64,000 nucleotides of DNA from an uncultured Acidobacteriota bacterium (GTDB lineage: Bacteria > Acidobacteriota > Thermoanaerobaculia > UBA5066). The notes beneath the pieces were generated by a model. The model saw only the letters and a list, made by a program, of their open reading frames with translations, made no database searches and was not told the origin of the DNA. The stretch lies in NCBI GenBank assembly GCA_963836285.1, contig CAWIIN010000002.1:1650386-1714385 (forward strand), given 5' to 3'. Positions 48,874 to 58,954 of the stretch are shown one piece after another. The first letter of the stretch is position 1; each line of letters starts with the position of its first letter. The position numbers and the translations under genes are program-made.

Positions 48874-49686
48874 ATGCCGACATCACGAGAACTCTATCAG
48901 GCAGGTCAACTTCAGGCGGCAATCCAGGCCGTCACCGCGGAGGTCAAGGCGAGTCCGGCGGACGCGCCGACACGCATCTTTCTCTTCGAGCTTCTCTGCT
49001 TCGCGGGGGACTGGGACCGGGCGGAAAAGCAGATCGGGGTGCTCGGCCAGGCCGGTCCGAACGAGGCCCTCGCGGTCCAGGTTTACCTCGCGAACCTGCG
49101 CGCCGAGCGCACGCGCGAGCGCCTCTTTTCCGAGGGCCTCCATCCGCACTTCCTGAACGAACCCCCCCCGTACGTCGATCTCCACCTGGAGGCCATCAAC
49201 CGGATCCGCGAGGGAAACGTCGCCGAGGCGAGGGCCGTGCTCGACCGGGCGGAAGAAGAGCGTCCCGCCCTGCCGGGTACCATGAACGGGCGGCCCTTCT
49301 CGGACTTTCGGGATTGCGACGACGTCGTCGGCCCGGTCCTCGAGCTGATCGTCAAGGACAAGTACACCTGGCTTCCGTTCGAGCAGATCCGACGCATGGA
49401 AATCGCGCCGCCGTCCAAGCTCCGGGACCTCGTCTGGGCCCGCGCGAAGGTCGAGGCCCTCGACGGCACGGTCGGCGACGTCTTTGTCCCGGCGCTCTAC
49501 GCGGGCACGAGCGGGAATTCGGACGACCGGCTCCGGCTCGGACGCATGACGGCATGGGTCCCGTTGGCTGACGACCTCTCGCGGGGGGCCGGGCTCAAGA
49601 CGATTCAGGTCGACGAGAACGACGTCGCTCTCTTCGAGGCGAAGCAGATCGAGTTCCGCGCGCTCCCCGCGAACGCTCCGTCGTGA
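48874..49686 (+). CDS. tagJ: Type VI secretion accessory protein TagJ (ImpE family)
   Basis: 270 aa, TPR-like N-terminus and ImpE-like C-terminal domain. The only plus-strand gene inside the cluster. Confidence 0.65.
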   Translation: MPTSRELYQAGQLQAAIQAVTAEVKASPADAPTRIFLFELLCFAGDWDRAEKQIGVLGQAGPNEALAVQVYLANLRAERTRERLFSEGLHPHFLNEPPPYVDLHLEAINRIREGNVAEARAVLDRAEEERPALPGTMNGRPFSDFRDCDDVVGPVLELIVKDKYTWLPFEQIRRMEIAPPSKLRDLVWARAKVEALDGTVGDVFVPALYAGTSGNSDDRLRLGRMTAWVPLADDLSRGAGLKTIQVDENDVALFEAKQIEFRALPANAPS

Positions 49687-49750
49687 TCGGGAGTGGGGGA
49701 GAGGAGGACCCCCGCGCGAGGCGGAGGTCCTCCGGGTGCGCGTCGATTCT

Positions 49751-50236
49751 CTAGACCTTCTTGTTCGTCTTGATGTTGTAGCCCGCCTTGACGACGCCGC
49801 CAAGGGTGCCGTCGGCCTTCTGCTCCTTGTACTCAAATTCGATCTGGCTGTAGTTCAGGGAGATCTGGTCCACGGGAAGGACGTCCGACTGGGAGCCTCC
49901 GGTCTGATAGCTGGAGACGAGGACGTCCGTCAGCGTGATCTTCAGGTACTCCTGCTGGTCCTTGCCGGCCTTGCGGCAGGTGAGGAGGCCCTTCTTGATG
50001 TGCTCGCCGGTCGCACAGGCGAGCAACAGCTTCGGCGAGGCCTTGTTGACCTTCATCACGAAGTGGAAGTCCTGCATGGAGACCTTCCCCGCGCCGGCGC
50101 CGCCTCCGTGCGCGGAGGTGCCGCCCTGATGCTCGCTCCAGGACCACGATTCGACGTCGATCTCGTTCTTGTGCTTGTCGTCCTGGGCCTCGCCCTCGAT
50201 CCCATCGATCTTCAGAAAATAGTCGACTACTGCCAT
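49751..50236 (-). CDS. hcp: Hcp (TssD) tube protein, copy 1
   Basis: 161 aa, MAVVDYFLKIDGIEGE N-terminus, canonical Hcp1. Confidence 0.95.
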   Translation of the reverse strand: MAVVDYFLKIDGIEGEAQDDKHKNEIDVESWSWSEHQGGTSAHGGGAGAGKVSMQDFHFVMKVNKASPKLLLACATGEHIKKGLLTCRKAGKDQQEYLKITLTDVLVSSYQTGGSQSDVLPVDQISLNYSQIEFEYKEQKADGTLGGVVKAGYNIKTNKKV

Positions 50237-50311
50237 GGGTTGCTCCTTTCAGGCTTTCCGGTGAATGTTCGGGTGTCGCGGCCTCTCAATTTCGTGTGAC
50301 CTTCGACCGAG

Positions 50312-50340
50312 TCTCTCTCTCTCCGACCTCTCTCTCTTTC
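50312..50340. repeat. (CT)n / (GA)n dinucleotide tracts in the hcp intergenic region
   Basis: tctctctctctc and tctctctctt about 80-100 nt upstream of the hcp copy 1 start. Confidence 0.6.
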
Positions 50341-50458
50341 GCAAACATAGGTCGCGCACGACGGATTTCAACCTCACTCGGACAGACGCGTGACGGCGAT
50401 CATCGCGAGTCGCTTCGCGGAGCCCGGAGAGAGCCGTCTCAACGTCATTCGTTCGATC

Positions 50459-50941
50459 CTACTTGTTCGTCCTCAGGTCGTCCTGAGTCATGACCTGACC
50501 CGACGTCGAGCCCTTGCTCGTCTGCGGGCAACCCACGATCTCGATCTTCCCGAACGCGAGGTCGAAGTCGCAGTGCGGGATCACGTCTCCCCCGGTCGCC
50601 TCGAGGTCGCCGGAGTTTATCTTCGCGACGGAGACCTCGGAAAGCGTCACCTTGAAATAGGTGACCTGTTCCTTGCCGGCCTTCCGACACGTCAGGACCG
50701 CCTTCGGGATTTTCGCGTTGTGGATAAGCTTGTCGTAGAGCAAGGGTGTCGACGTGTCGATGCTCGCGCGGACCGACAGGGGCGCCCATTTGCGCACGCC
50801 GGTATGCTCGTTCGTGTACGAATCGCGCGGGCTCACGAGGCCCAGCCGAAAGCCCTCGATCTGGATCTCGTTCTTGTGCTCGGGATCGGAGCTTTCGCCG
50901 TCGACTCCGTCGATCTTCAGGAACATGTCGACGACCGCCAT
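50459..50941 (-). CDS. hcp: Hcp (TssD) tube protein, copy 2
   Basis: 160 aa, MAVVDMFLKIDGVDGES. Paralog of copy 1 with about 45% identity. Confidence 0.95.
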   Translation of the reverse strand: MAVVDMFLKIDGVDGESSDPEHKNEIQIEGFRLGLVSPRDSYTNEHTGVRKWAPLSVRASIDTSTPLLYDKLIHNAKIPKAVLTCRKAGKEQVTYFKVTLSEVSVAKINSGDLEATGGDVIPHCDFDLAFGKIEIVGCPQTSKGSTSGQVMTQDDLRTNK

Positions 50942-51043
50942 GGCTTCTTCCTTTCGCTCGGGTCGTTGGGGGGGTGGGGGGGAATCATATGCCGGGGGTC
51001 AAGCCGCGGCGGCGAACGGCCACTGTTTTGCGCGCGGACCGTA

Positions 51044-52516
51044 TCAGACGGCGTCGAGAAGCGAGGCGAGAGGCAGGTCCCAGCCGGCGGGCTCGCTCGG
51101 CGGAGGAGGCACGGGCTCCGTCGGTGCCCGTGGAGTCGTGCCGCCGTCCGGAACGGGCGCAGCCGAGATCGCGATCGATTCGGCGATTGCGGTCGATCCA
51201 GGAGGCGGCTCCGGAGCAGCGGGAGGCTCGGGCGCTGGCGGCTCGGGCGCAAGCGCCTCGGGCGCAAGCGGCTCGGGCGCAAGCGGCTCGGGCGCAAGCG
51301 GCTCGGGAACGGCGGGCGCCCCTGCGGCCACGGGCGGTTCCAAGGCGACGCTTGGCTCCGGAGCAGCGGGCGGCTCGGGCGCGGCGCAGGGCACGTCGTC
51401 GGTTCTGACGGCGGCCCCGAGGCGTATCTCTTCCACGAGCGCAGGAGCGACCGTCGGGACGGACCCGGAAGGCGGGATCGATTCCGCGGGAGGCCCGGGC
51501 GCGAAGGGCGGTATTGCGGCGGCCTTCGGCGGCCCCGCGGCGGGCGCTGGCGGCGCGGACACGGTGCCGGCCGGCGCGGACTCGGCAACGACCGCTGCCT
51601 GTTCCGACCGCTCGGCCCGCGGCCTGCGCGAGCGCGGCGGGATCTCCTCGACGAAATCGGTCGCGATCGCCTCGGGGTGAAGAAGAAGGATGTCCTCGGC
51701 CCTCGCGTCGCGGAAGAAGAAGACCCCGCGGAGCGCCGCGCCGCCGGTCCGGTAGAGAACGCCGGCCGGGACGGCGCCGGACGGCGAGGCCTGCGCGAGC
51801 CTGAAGGTCCACAGCTTCATCTGGTCGAGCGGGGAAGTCTCGTCCGCGAGCGGGAATCGGAACGCGGCCGCGCCGGCGGTGGGCCGCCGGGCGGCGCCGT
51901 CGAGGGCGGAGAGGAGAGCGGCCCATTGAGTCTCCGCGTCTTCTCCGAAGAGTTCTCTTGCGAGGCCCCCGACGCGCGAGCGGGCGAGCGTGTCCGAGAG
52001 CCGCAGCCGGATCTGCTTCTGCGGGCGGACCGGAATCTCGATACGGGATCCGCGGAGATCCTGGTACACCGCGGCCAGCGTACCTCCCGCGTCGTACTTC
52101 CGCCGGATCTCCCGGGCACGGCTCTCGAAGACCGGGAGATAGTCGAGCGCCGTCAGGACGGACGCAGACTGTTTTGCGGCGGGCAGGATCGTGAAGAGAG
52201 CGAACGGGAATTTCCTGAGCCCGCCCTGGTCCGTGCTTCCCCAGAGAGCACCCGCGGCCATCTTGCGGCTCTCGGGCAAGCGCAGCAGGAACGCGTGGAG
52301 CGGGATCTCGGACGAGCGGTAGTCGTCACGCGTCGACCAGTGGCGGGTGAACCCGTTGGACAGCCAGTCGCGGAACTCGCGCGAGGCGTCGTCCGTCAGG
52401 CCCGCCGAGATGAAGTCCTTGTAGACGGGAAGCTTGCCGAACGCGAAGAGCGGCCACGACTCGGTCGGAGGCGGATCGTCCGCCGCCGGCTTCCGGAAAG
52501 AAGAAAGGAAACCCAC
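51044..52516 (-). CDS. tagF: TagF/ImpM-like T6SS-associated protein with long Pro-rich repetitive C-terminal extension
   Basis: N-terminal FGKLPVYKDFI matches the TagF (DUF2094) signature. The C-terminal approx. 200 aa is Pro/Ala low complexity including tandem PEPLA units. Confidence 0.75.
   Translation of the reverse strand: MGFLSSFRKPAADDPPPTESWPLFAFGKLPVYKDFISAGLTDDASREFRDWLSNGFTRHWSTRDDYRSSEIPLHAFLLRLPESRKMAAGALWGSTDQGGLRKFPFALFTILPAAKQSASVLTALDYLPVFESRAREIRRKYDAGGTLAAVYQDLRGSRIEIPVRPQKQIRLRLSDTLARSRVGGLARELFGEDAETQWAALLSALDGAARRPTAGAAAFRFPLADETSPLDQMKLWTFRLAQASPSGAVPAGVLYRTGGAALRGVFFFRDARAEDILLLHPEAIATDFVEEIPPRSRRPRAERSEQAAVVAESAPAGTVSAPPAPAAGPPKAAAIPPFAPGPPAESIPPSGSVPTVAPALVEEIRLGAAVRTDDVPCAAPEPPAAPEPSVALEPPVAAGAPAVPEPLAPEPLAPEPLAPEALAPEPPAPEPPAAPEPPPGSTAIAESIAISAAPVPDGGTTPRAPTEPVPPPPSEPAGWDLPLASLLDAV
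51238..51312. repeat. Tandem 15-nt repeat (ggctcgggcgcaagc, about 4-5 units) inside tagF, encoding (PEPLA)n
   Basis: Near-perfect direct repeats visible at 51241-51310. Confidence 0.7.
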
Positions 52517-52532
52517 GCCGCGCCTCCGGTCC

Positions 52533-55500
52533 TCAGTTCGGGAGGATGGGCGGCATCGGCTCGTCGAGCCGGACCTCGAAAGCTCCCTCGAGAAGCTCGC
52601 GCGGGTTCTTCCCGTCCGGGATCTGGACGCGGATCGTCCAGACCTTCGGATCGGAGAGGTCCGTCCGAGACTCGCTCGCGACCCGGAGGAAGTAGAACAG
52701 CTTCAGGGGTCCGCCCGTGACCTCGTAGGTGCTCGTCCATCCGCCTTCGCCGGACTGCTCGTTACGGCCGCTGATCGTGAGGAGCGCGTCGGCCGAGCTG
52801 AGCCGCCACACGAAGGGCGGCGGAATCCGCTGCGCCCTGATGTCCGTCGAGGGGCGCAGGATCACGCCCCGGTCGAAGAGCGTGATCTGCGAGACGCGGT
52901 CCTTCAGCGCGCGGCGCCCGGCGGCGGGCGCCCGGTCGAGGGCGAGGACGCTGATCTCGCGGCCGCCGGGACCGCCGGGCTTTCCCGCGAGCGAGGTGGA
53001 GGCGCTGGAACCGCCGCCGCTGACGAAGCGCTGCCAGAGGCGCGCGACGGCGAGCGCGGGCCGATTCTGCTGGATGAAGTCGAAGGATGGCTCCGTGCCG
53101 GCGAGGAGCGGGTCGACGGCGTACTCGTCCGCGAGGACGCCCACCTCGGTGAGCGCGCCGAGGACGTCGGCCTGCCCGATCGTCGGGAGGTTCCGGCGGA
53201 TCGAGAGCCCGCCCGTCGCGCGTTCCGCCGCGTAGTCGGCGCGGTCCTGCCTCAGGCGGCTCTCCGTGACGAACGGAAACTGGCCGGAGCAGCAGGACGC
53301 GAGGCGCTGGTAGAGGGCGTCCCATCTCGGGTTGAACTGCGGCTCGACCGCGGTCCTGATGAGGCCCGCCCCGCGGTCCTCGAGCGTCTTGAGCGACCGG
53401 CCATGAGGGCCGCTCCGGATCCTGAGGTCTCCCGTGAACGCGTGCCAGCCCTTGAGCGTCGCGCCGTCGGCGCCCGTCGCGAGCTGCTTCCACGACTTCA
53501 GCTCGTCCTTGTCGCCGAGGGCGGCGATCGTCTTCTTGAACAGATCGGTCGCGGCAAGGAGGTAGTCCGGGATCACGGCGGGCCGCGCCGCGGCGCGGAC
53601 CTCGAAGCGGCTCTTGTAGTACCCGATGATCGGGTTGAGGTTCGCGTTCGTCTGCACGAAGCCCTGCAGGTCGGCGAGCGTCAGCTGTGCGCCCTGGTCG
53701 GGCGCGGCGCCTCCGCCTCCTCCGCCTCCCGGAGTCCACGTTCCAACGGCGATCTCGAAGGCCCGCCAGCTGCGGGCCGTGAGCGCCGACGCCGGGACCC
53801 AGAAGCCGCCGCCCGAAGGCCGCGCGGGCGCGCCCGTGGCGTCGAGGAAGCGCTGCAGGTAGTCGATCTCCGTCTGCGAGAGCGCCTTGACGTCGCCCTT
53901 GGCGTCGTCGCGCGAAAGCGCGTTCGTCTGCCGCTCGGCGAGAGCGACCACGCCGTTCGCGTACGGGACCATCATCTGCGTGAACGGCTTCTGGAAGCAG
54001 ATCGCGGGGTTGCAGCCCGGCCCGATGGATGCCGTCAGGAACTCCTTCACCGGCGGCAGCACGCGTGCGATGAGGGCGACCTCCGCGGTGCGCCGCGCGA
54101 AGGGTCCGACGTCGCTCCAGCGGAAGCGCGAGTCCGGGATCGTCTTCTCGAAGTCCGCCGCCTTCGCGACGGACGCGTTCTTCAGGTCCTCCTGCCTCTT
54201 CTGCCACTCCTCGAGCTTCTGCTTCTTGCCGTCGAGGGACGAGATCGTGTTGACCTGCGCGAGGATCTTCCCGTCGTCGCTCGCCCGGAAGGCGTCGAGG
54301 TCCGCATACGTCCCGACGTCGGAGAGGAGCCCGCTCACGAGAACGGTCCCGTTCGCGAGCTTCGTCTTCCCGGGCGTGGAGGTCTCGTCGAGGAGAAACG
54401 CGAACCCGCTCTTCTGGGCGCCGAGGTTCGCGGAGTCGACCTGGAGGCGCCCGATGAGCTCCTGGAGGCGTGAGGTGTTGATCCGCGTCTGCGCCGCCGG
54501 GTGGAACGTGGGCGCGATCCCCGCGCCGGGGAGCGAGGGCGGCAGCGCGGGAAGGGGCGGCGGCGCGCCGGCGGTCGTCGCGGGCGTGGCGGCGGCGGGA
54601 GACGCGGGCGCGGGCGCGGCGGGCGGCCCGACCGTGAGGAGCTGCGCGTAGGACTCGCTCAGGTAGCGCTGCCACTGGTCGAGGGTCGCGCCCGGGAAGC
54701 CCCTCTCTCCGGGGCGCGCCGACTCGAGATGCTTCGCGAGCGCGTCGTAGTTCGCCTTGAACTGCCTGGACGTGTCGGCGACGCGCTTGAGGTAGCTCTC
54801 CTGCTGCGGATCCACGATCCCGGTGAGCGCCGTGTAGAGCCGGACCCACTCCTCGAGACCCTTCATGAGCTTCCAGTCCCAGCGCGCGAGGTTCGCGACG
54901 GTCCAGTAGCGCTCGAACGTGTCGATGGGCCGGCTCGGATCGGGAACGCCGAGTTTCAGGTCTCCCGCGGCGTGCCCGCGGGCGAGCTGCGTCACGAACA
55001 GGTCCGGGCGCGGGTCCGCCGCCGTGACCTGGGCGGTCCACTCGTCGATCTCGGCGGCGAGCTCGCTTCCGACCATCCCCTTCGTCTTCTGGGCGAAGTT
55101 CACGAGGCCGAGGAGGCGGAGGTCGTCGACGCGGAAGGCGTCCGTGCCGTCGGCCTTCTTGAGGCCCTGGTCGAACCCGCGCCATCCGAGGAAGCTCTGG
55201 AGGGCGCCGAAGAACGCGGGGTAGTCGGAGAACGTCTCCCAGTTCAGCGCCGCCATGCGCGCCTCGGACTCCTTGAGGAGCGGACGCACGACCCCGTCGA
55301 AGAAGAGCTTCTGCTGGACGGCCGCGAGGAGCTGATGGATCTCGTTCGACTTCGCGCCCCTCAGGAAGAGGCCCAGAAGGAACGGGTGCTGGCCGAGGCT
55401 CACGCGGTCCTCGTACAGGAGGCGCGTCAGCTCGTACTTCTGGGCGATCGTGCATGGGACCTTCATGCACTGTCCCGCCTGCGCGGCATGCGTGCGGATC

Positions 55501-56903
55501 GGGTTCAGGATGCGCCGCAGCGACAGGAACGCCGGGATCATCGTGATCACGATCAGGGGCAGGATCGCCCACGTCAGGATCCGGAACGCGAGCGTCGTCT
55601 TCTTCTCGCGCTCGGCCGCCGCACGGGTCCGCGCGACGAGCCCCTGCTCGGGGAAGACCTTCTTCTCGTAGAAGTCCTTGATGAAGAAGGCACGCGACTT
55701 CTTGAAGATGTTCTCGAGGCTCTCGATGACGTCGCCACCGGTGCCCGCGGGGCCCTTCAGGAGATCGCGCGTCGCCTGCGCGATCGGCTTGCCCTGCTGG
55801 ACGCCACTCGAGATGTAGAACCCGCGGAAGACGAACGGCTCGTCGTAGCGGCTCTGCGTCAGGATCGCGTCGAGGTAGCGCCGGACCGGGTCCTTGAGGG
55901 CGCGCAGCTCCTCGGGGAAGACGATGAACCGGTCGGCGTTCGCGGGATTCTCCTCGGTTGCGAGGAACTTCAGCCGGAGCTTGTGGACGCGTGTGACGAT
56001 CTGGTCCCACGCGGAGTCCACGACCCCGGGGTCGTAAGGTTTCTCCGGGCCGGCGGGGTTCGACCAGCCGAAGAGCTGCCGCTGCTCGACGGGGTCGAGC
56101 TTCGTGAAGAACTCCGAGAAGCCGAGCGCACGGTCCGCCTTCGTGAAGAGGAAGAAGATCGGGTACCGGATGTCGAGCAGGCGCTGGATGTGGATGAGCT
56201 TCGCCCGGATGTTCTGCGCCTTCTTGTCCTGCTCCTCCGGGGTGTCTTCGAGGAGCGAGGTGCACGGGATGACGACGAGAACGCCGTTGATCGGACAGTA
56301 GCCCCGGTGCTTTCTCAGGAGCTTGAGGAAGCTCGACCATTCCGACGCGTCGGGAGCCGCCTCCTCCTGGAACGTGAAACGGCCGGCCGTGTCGAGGATG
56401 ACGGCCTCGTTCGCGAACCACCAGTCGCAGTTGCGCGTCCCTCCGGCGCCCGAGAGCGCGTCGCCGCCGACGGGGAACTCGAGGCCGGAGTTCTTGAGCG
56501 TCGTGCTCTTGCCCGACTGCGGCTCCCCGATGAGGAGGTACCAGGGGAGCGAGTAGATGTCGAGCCCGGCCCCCTTCAGGTTCTGTACGGCCTCGAGCCA
56601 CTTGACGGAGAGGTCCTTCAGAGCCTCGCGCACCTCTTCCTTCGAGGCGCCGCCGGACTGAGAATCCTTCCTCAGCTCGCCCTCGAACGCGCGGCCCTTC
56701 TGCTTCTCGCGGCCCTTGCGCAGGAACTCGAACAGGACGACGGCCGCCACGACGACGAGGAGCCCGAGCAGGAAAAGCCACCAGTACTTCTCGAGCCCGA
56801 GCAGGCGGATGAGGAAGTAGCCGAGCGGAATGAAGAGAATGGCGCCCGCGAGGTACTTGAGCGGCTTCGGAAGCCCCTGGATGAGCGACAGGAACTCCTG
56901 CAC
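52533..56903 (-). CDS. tssM: Type VI secretion membrane protein TssM/IcmF
   Basis: 1456 aa, N-terminal TM helices, Walker A GEPQSGKST, IcmF-related C-terminal domains. Confidence 0.95.
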   Translation of the reverse strand: MQEFLSLIQGLPKPLKYLAGAILFIPLGYFLIRLLGLEKYWWLFLLGLLVVVAAVVLFEFLRKGREKQKGRAFEGELRKDSQSGGASKEEVREALKDLSVKWLEAVQNLKGAGLDIYSLPWYLLIGEPQSGKSTTLKNSGLEFPVGGDALSGAGGTRNCDWWFANEAVILDTAGRFTFQEEAAPDASEWSSFLKLLRKHRGYCPINGVLVVIPCTSLLEDTPEEQDKKAQNIRAKLIHIQRLLDIRYPIFFLFTKADRALGFSEFFTKLDPVEQRQLFGWSNPAGPEKPYDPGVVDSAWDQIVTRVHKLRLKFLATEENPANADRFIVFPEELRALKDPVRRYLDAILTQSRYDEPFVFRGFYISSGVQQGKPIAQATRDLLKGPAGTGGDVIESLENIFKKSRAFFIKDFYEKKVFPEQGLVARTRAAAEREKKTTLAFRILTWAILPLIVITMIPAFLSLRRILNPIRTHAAQAGQCMKVPCTIAQKYELTRLLYEDRVSLGQHPFLLGLFLRGAKSNEIHQLLAAVQQKLFFDGVVRPLLKESEARMAALNWETFSDYPAFFGALQSFLGWRGFDQGLKKADGTDAFRVDDLRLLGLVNFAQKTKGMVGSELAAEIDEWTAQVTAADPRPDLFVTQLARGHAAGDLKLGVPDPSRPIDTFERYWTVANLARWDWKLMKGLEEWVRLYTALTGIVDPQQESYLKRVADTSRQFKANYDALAKHLESARPGERGFPGATLDQWQRYLSESYAQLLTVGPPAAPAPASPAAATPATTAGAPPPLPALPPSLPGAGIAPTFHPAAQTRINTSRLQELIGRLQVDSANLGAQKSGFAFLLDETSTPGKTKLANGTVLVSGLLSDVGTYADLDAFRASDDGKILAQVNTISSLDGKKQKLEEWQKRQEDLKNASVAKAADFEKTIPDSRFRWSDVGPFARRTAEVALIARVLPPVKEFLTASIGPGCNPAICFQKPFTQMMVPYANGVVALAERQTNALSRDDAKGDVKALSQTEIDYLQRFLDATGAPARPSGGGFWVPASALTARSWRAFEIAVGTWTPGGGGGGGAAPDQGAQLTLADLQGFVQTNANLNPIIGYYKSRFEVRAAARPAVIPDYLLAATDLFKKTIAALGDKDELKSWKQLATGADGATLKGWHAFTGDLRIRSGPHGRSLKTLEDRGAGLIRTAVEPQFNPRWDALYQRLASCCSGQFPFVTESRLRQDRADYAAERATGGLSIRRNLPTIGQADVLGALTEVGVLADEYAVDPLLAGTEPSFDFIQQNRPALAVARLWQRFVSGGGSSASTSLAGKPGGPGGREISVLALDRAPAAGRRALKDRVSQITLFDRGVILRPSTDIRAQRIPPPFVWRLSSADALLTISGRNEQSGEGGWTSTYEVTGGPLKLFYFLRVASESRTDLSDPKVWTIRVQIPDGKNPRELLEGAFEVRLDEPMPPILPN

Positions 56904-56907
56904 GGCG

Positions 56908-57591
56908 CTACCCGAGCCCCATGGCCTGCACGACCGTCCGGAGGTCGTCGACCGATCGGGCCCACATGAGCCACGTGATCGCGTAGTAGAGGAACAGGAT
57001 GCCGACGCCCACGATCGCGACGCGCGCGAGCGTCACGGCGGGCGACAGCTTCCGCGCCGGCGCCGCCGTGACGTGGTACGCGTCGGGCGTGATCTTCTCG
57101 CCGACGTCCGCGAGGTACTCGGCGAGAATGCGGTAGACGCGGTTCTTGATCTCGATCGCCTTCTCGGGGCGCTCGCGGTACTTGCCGCGGAACCCGAGCG
57201 CCAGGCCCGTGAACACGATCGCGGCGAGCTCCACGTCGTCTGGGCGGAGCTCCTTCGCGATCGAGAAGTACTGGTCCCCGCCGATGTTCGTCTTGAAGTA
57301 CTTCTCCTCGAAGAGCTGCTGCTCCCATTCGGCGCTGTGGTCCCAGCCGGAATGGAGGAGGATCTCGTCGGCGAGAACGACGAGCGGGTAACGGGCCTTC
57401 TCGTAGAGGGCGTCGAGCCGCGGGTCTCCGCGGGCCGCGCGCGCCTGCTCGTCGAAGATCTCCTCGAGATCCGCGGCGACGGTGGCGGGCTCGAGCCTCA
57501 CGCCGCGGCGGACCTTCTGGCGGAACGAGCTGAGGAAGAGGAAGAGGCGGGAGCAGATCCGGAAGAGGTCCGTCGTCGACGTGCTATCCAC
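56908..57591 (-). CDS. tssL: Type VI secretion membrane protein TssL (DotU/IcmH family)
   Basis: 227 aa, DotU-like with a C-terminal TM anchor. The tssM start lies 2 nt after its stop. Confidence 0.9.
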   Translation of the reverse strand: MDSTSTTDLFRICSRLFLFLSSFRQKVRRGVRLEPATVAADLEEIFDEQARAARGDPRLDALYEKARYPLVVLADEILLHSGWDHSAEWEQQLFEEKYFKTNIGGDQYFSIAKELRPDDVELAAIVFTGLALGFRGKYRERPEKAIEIKNRVYRILAEYLADVGEKITPDAYHVTAAPARKLSPAVTLARVAIVGVGILFLYYAITWLMWARSVDDLRTVVQAMGLG

Positions 57592-58954
57592 GGGTCGCGC
57601 TCACCGGCTTCGTGACGACGTAGAGGAAGAACTTGAGCTTCGGGTCGAGCGTGCCGGAGATCGCCATGGCGTGGTCTTTCACCACGTTCGCCCAGTAGAT
57701 TCCTTCCTTCTCGATCGAGAAGTAGAAGTGGTCGTCGCCAGCCGGGAGCCCCGAGGGGATCCGCTTGAGCATCTCGAGGTCGAGTCCGAAGAGGCGCCGC
57801 TGCCTGAGGAGCGGAATGTCGTGCACGGCGCCGACCTTCATCGTGTTGAGCCGCTCCTTGAGCTCGCGCTCCGGGAGGTCCGTCTCCACCGAGAGGTAGA
57901 ACTCGGCCTCGCTCGTGAACCACTCCGCCTTCATGTCCGCGACGAGGAGGTCTTCCCTCAGGACGAACTCCACCCGGATGAAGCGCGACGCGACGACCTT
58001 CTCCGTGAGGAGCTCGATGTTCTGGCAGATGTCGAAGAAGCACGGGCCGAGCCGGTCGTGGTCGTAGAGCGGGACCTTCAGCACGCGGCGCCCGTCGTCG
58101 AAGATCGCGAGGTCCCCGAGCAGCCGCGCGAACTCGCAGTAGACCGGGAATGGGTGGACGCGCGGGATCCGCGTGAGCTGCTGGAGGATGTAGACGAAGC
58201 TGCCGAGGATCTTCAGCTTCATGAGGGTCTGCCAGCCGGACGTTCCCTCCGACTCGATCGCGAGCCGTCCCGAGGCCACCTCGGCGAGGACGAGCCGGTG
58301 CTTGGCCTCGAGCCGGTTCGTCACGGACTCGCAGAGAGTCTGGAGCGCCGCGGACGCTCCGATCTCCGTCACGGGCGGGATGAAGTCCTTCGAGAGGACC
58401 GGGAAGTTCTTTCCCTGGCCCGAGCGCTCGACGATCGCGAGCGGAAGGCACTCGTAGCCGTCGCGGTTCTCGTTGCCGAAGAAGAGGCGACCGTTCACGA
58501 GGCGCGTCTCGACGGGCTGCGGATTTGCCCCGGTGTTCTCGTCCGGCACGTCGACGACCTCGGCCGTCAGGCGCCGGTCCTGGCCGCGCCGGTCCTCACC
58601 CGGGAAGAACGTGTTCGGGGCGTCCTCGCGGAAGACGGGCACGCCGAGAAAGACGTCCATCCGGCCCCCGGCCTGTTCGAGCTCCGCCTTGAACGGGCGC
58701 GGGAAGATTCGGAAGTTAGATCCGGTCGAGAGGATCGATCCGTCCTTCAGCTTCGCCTCGACGCCGCGCAGCTCGAAGACGTGATTCTCGAGCTGATCCG
58801 CGGCGACCTCGATCCGCGTCACCCCCCAGAAGAAGGGCTGGATGCGCCGCACCTCGTCGTGGAGCGTCTCCTCCCGGAAGCGCTCCGCCGACTGCAGGTG
58901 GTGCGGCCGCAGGAACATTCCCTCGGCCCAGAGGACTGGCCGGGACTTCTTCAC
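57584..58954 (-). CDS. tssK: Type VI secretion baseplate protein TssK
   Basis: GTG start 58954 gives MKKSRPVLWAEGMFLRPHHLQ, matching the TssK N-terminus. Overlaps the tssJ stop (GTGA). Confidence 0.9.
   Translation of the reverse strand: MKKSRPVLWAEGMFLRPHHLQSAERFREETLHDEVRRIQPFFWGVTRIEVAADQLENHVFELRGVEAKLKDGSILSTGSNFRIFPRPFKAELEQAGGRMDVFLGVPVFREDAPNTFFPGEDRRGQDRRLTAEVVDVPDENTGANPQPVETRLVNGRLFFGNENRDGYECLPLAIVERSGQGKNFPVLSKDFIPPVTEIGASAALQTLCESVTNRLEAKHRLVLAEVASGRLAIESEGTSGWQTLMKLKILGSFVYILQQLTRIPRVHPFPVYCEFARLLGDLAIFDDGRRVLKVPLYDHDRLGPCFFDICQNIELLTEKVVASRFIRVEFVLREDLLVADMKAEWFTSEAEFYLSVETDLPERELKERLNTMKVGAVHDIPLLRQRRLFGLDLEMLKRIPSGLPAGDDHFYFSIEKEGIYWANVVKDHAMAISGTLDPKLKFFLYVVTKPVSATRG

Noticed and set aside
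49687-50458. Sigma-54 (-24 GG / -12 GC) promoter upstream of hcp genes
   Set aside because: Both intergenic regions were scanned by eye on the minus strand. No GG-N10-GC element in proper TGGCAC-N5-TTGCA context was found.
51238-51312. Short tandem direct repeats considered as a CRISPR-like array
   Set aside because: The units are 15 nt with no spacers, lie inside the tagF coding sequence and encode PEPLA repeats. They are not a CRISPR array.
52762-56781. 1339-aa alternative frame within tssM
   Set aside because: An Arg/Pro-rich shadow frame. The 52533..56903 frame has the TM helices, Walker A motif and IcmF-like domains.
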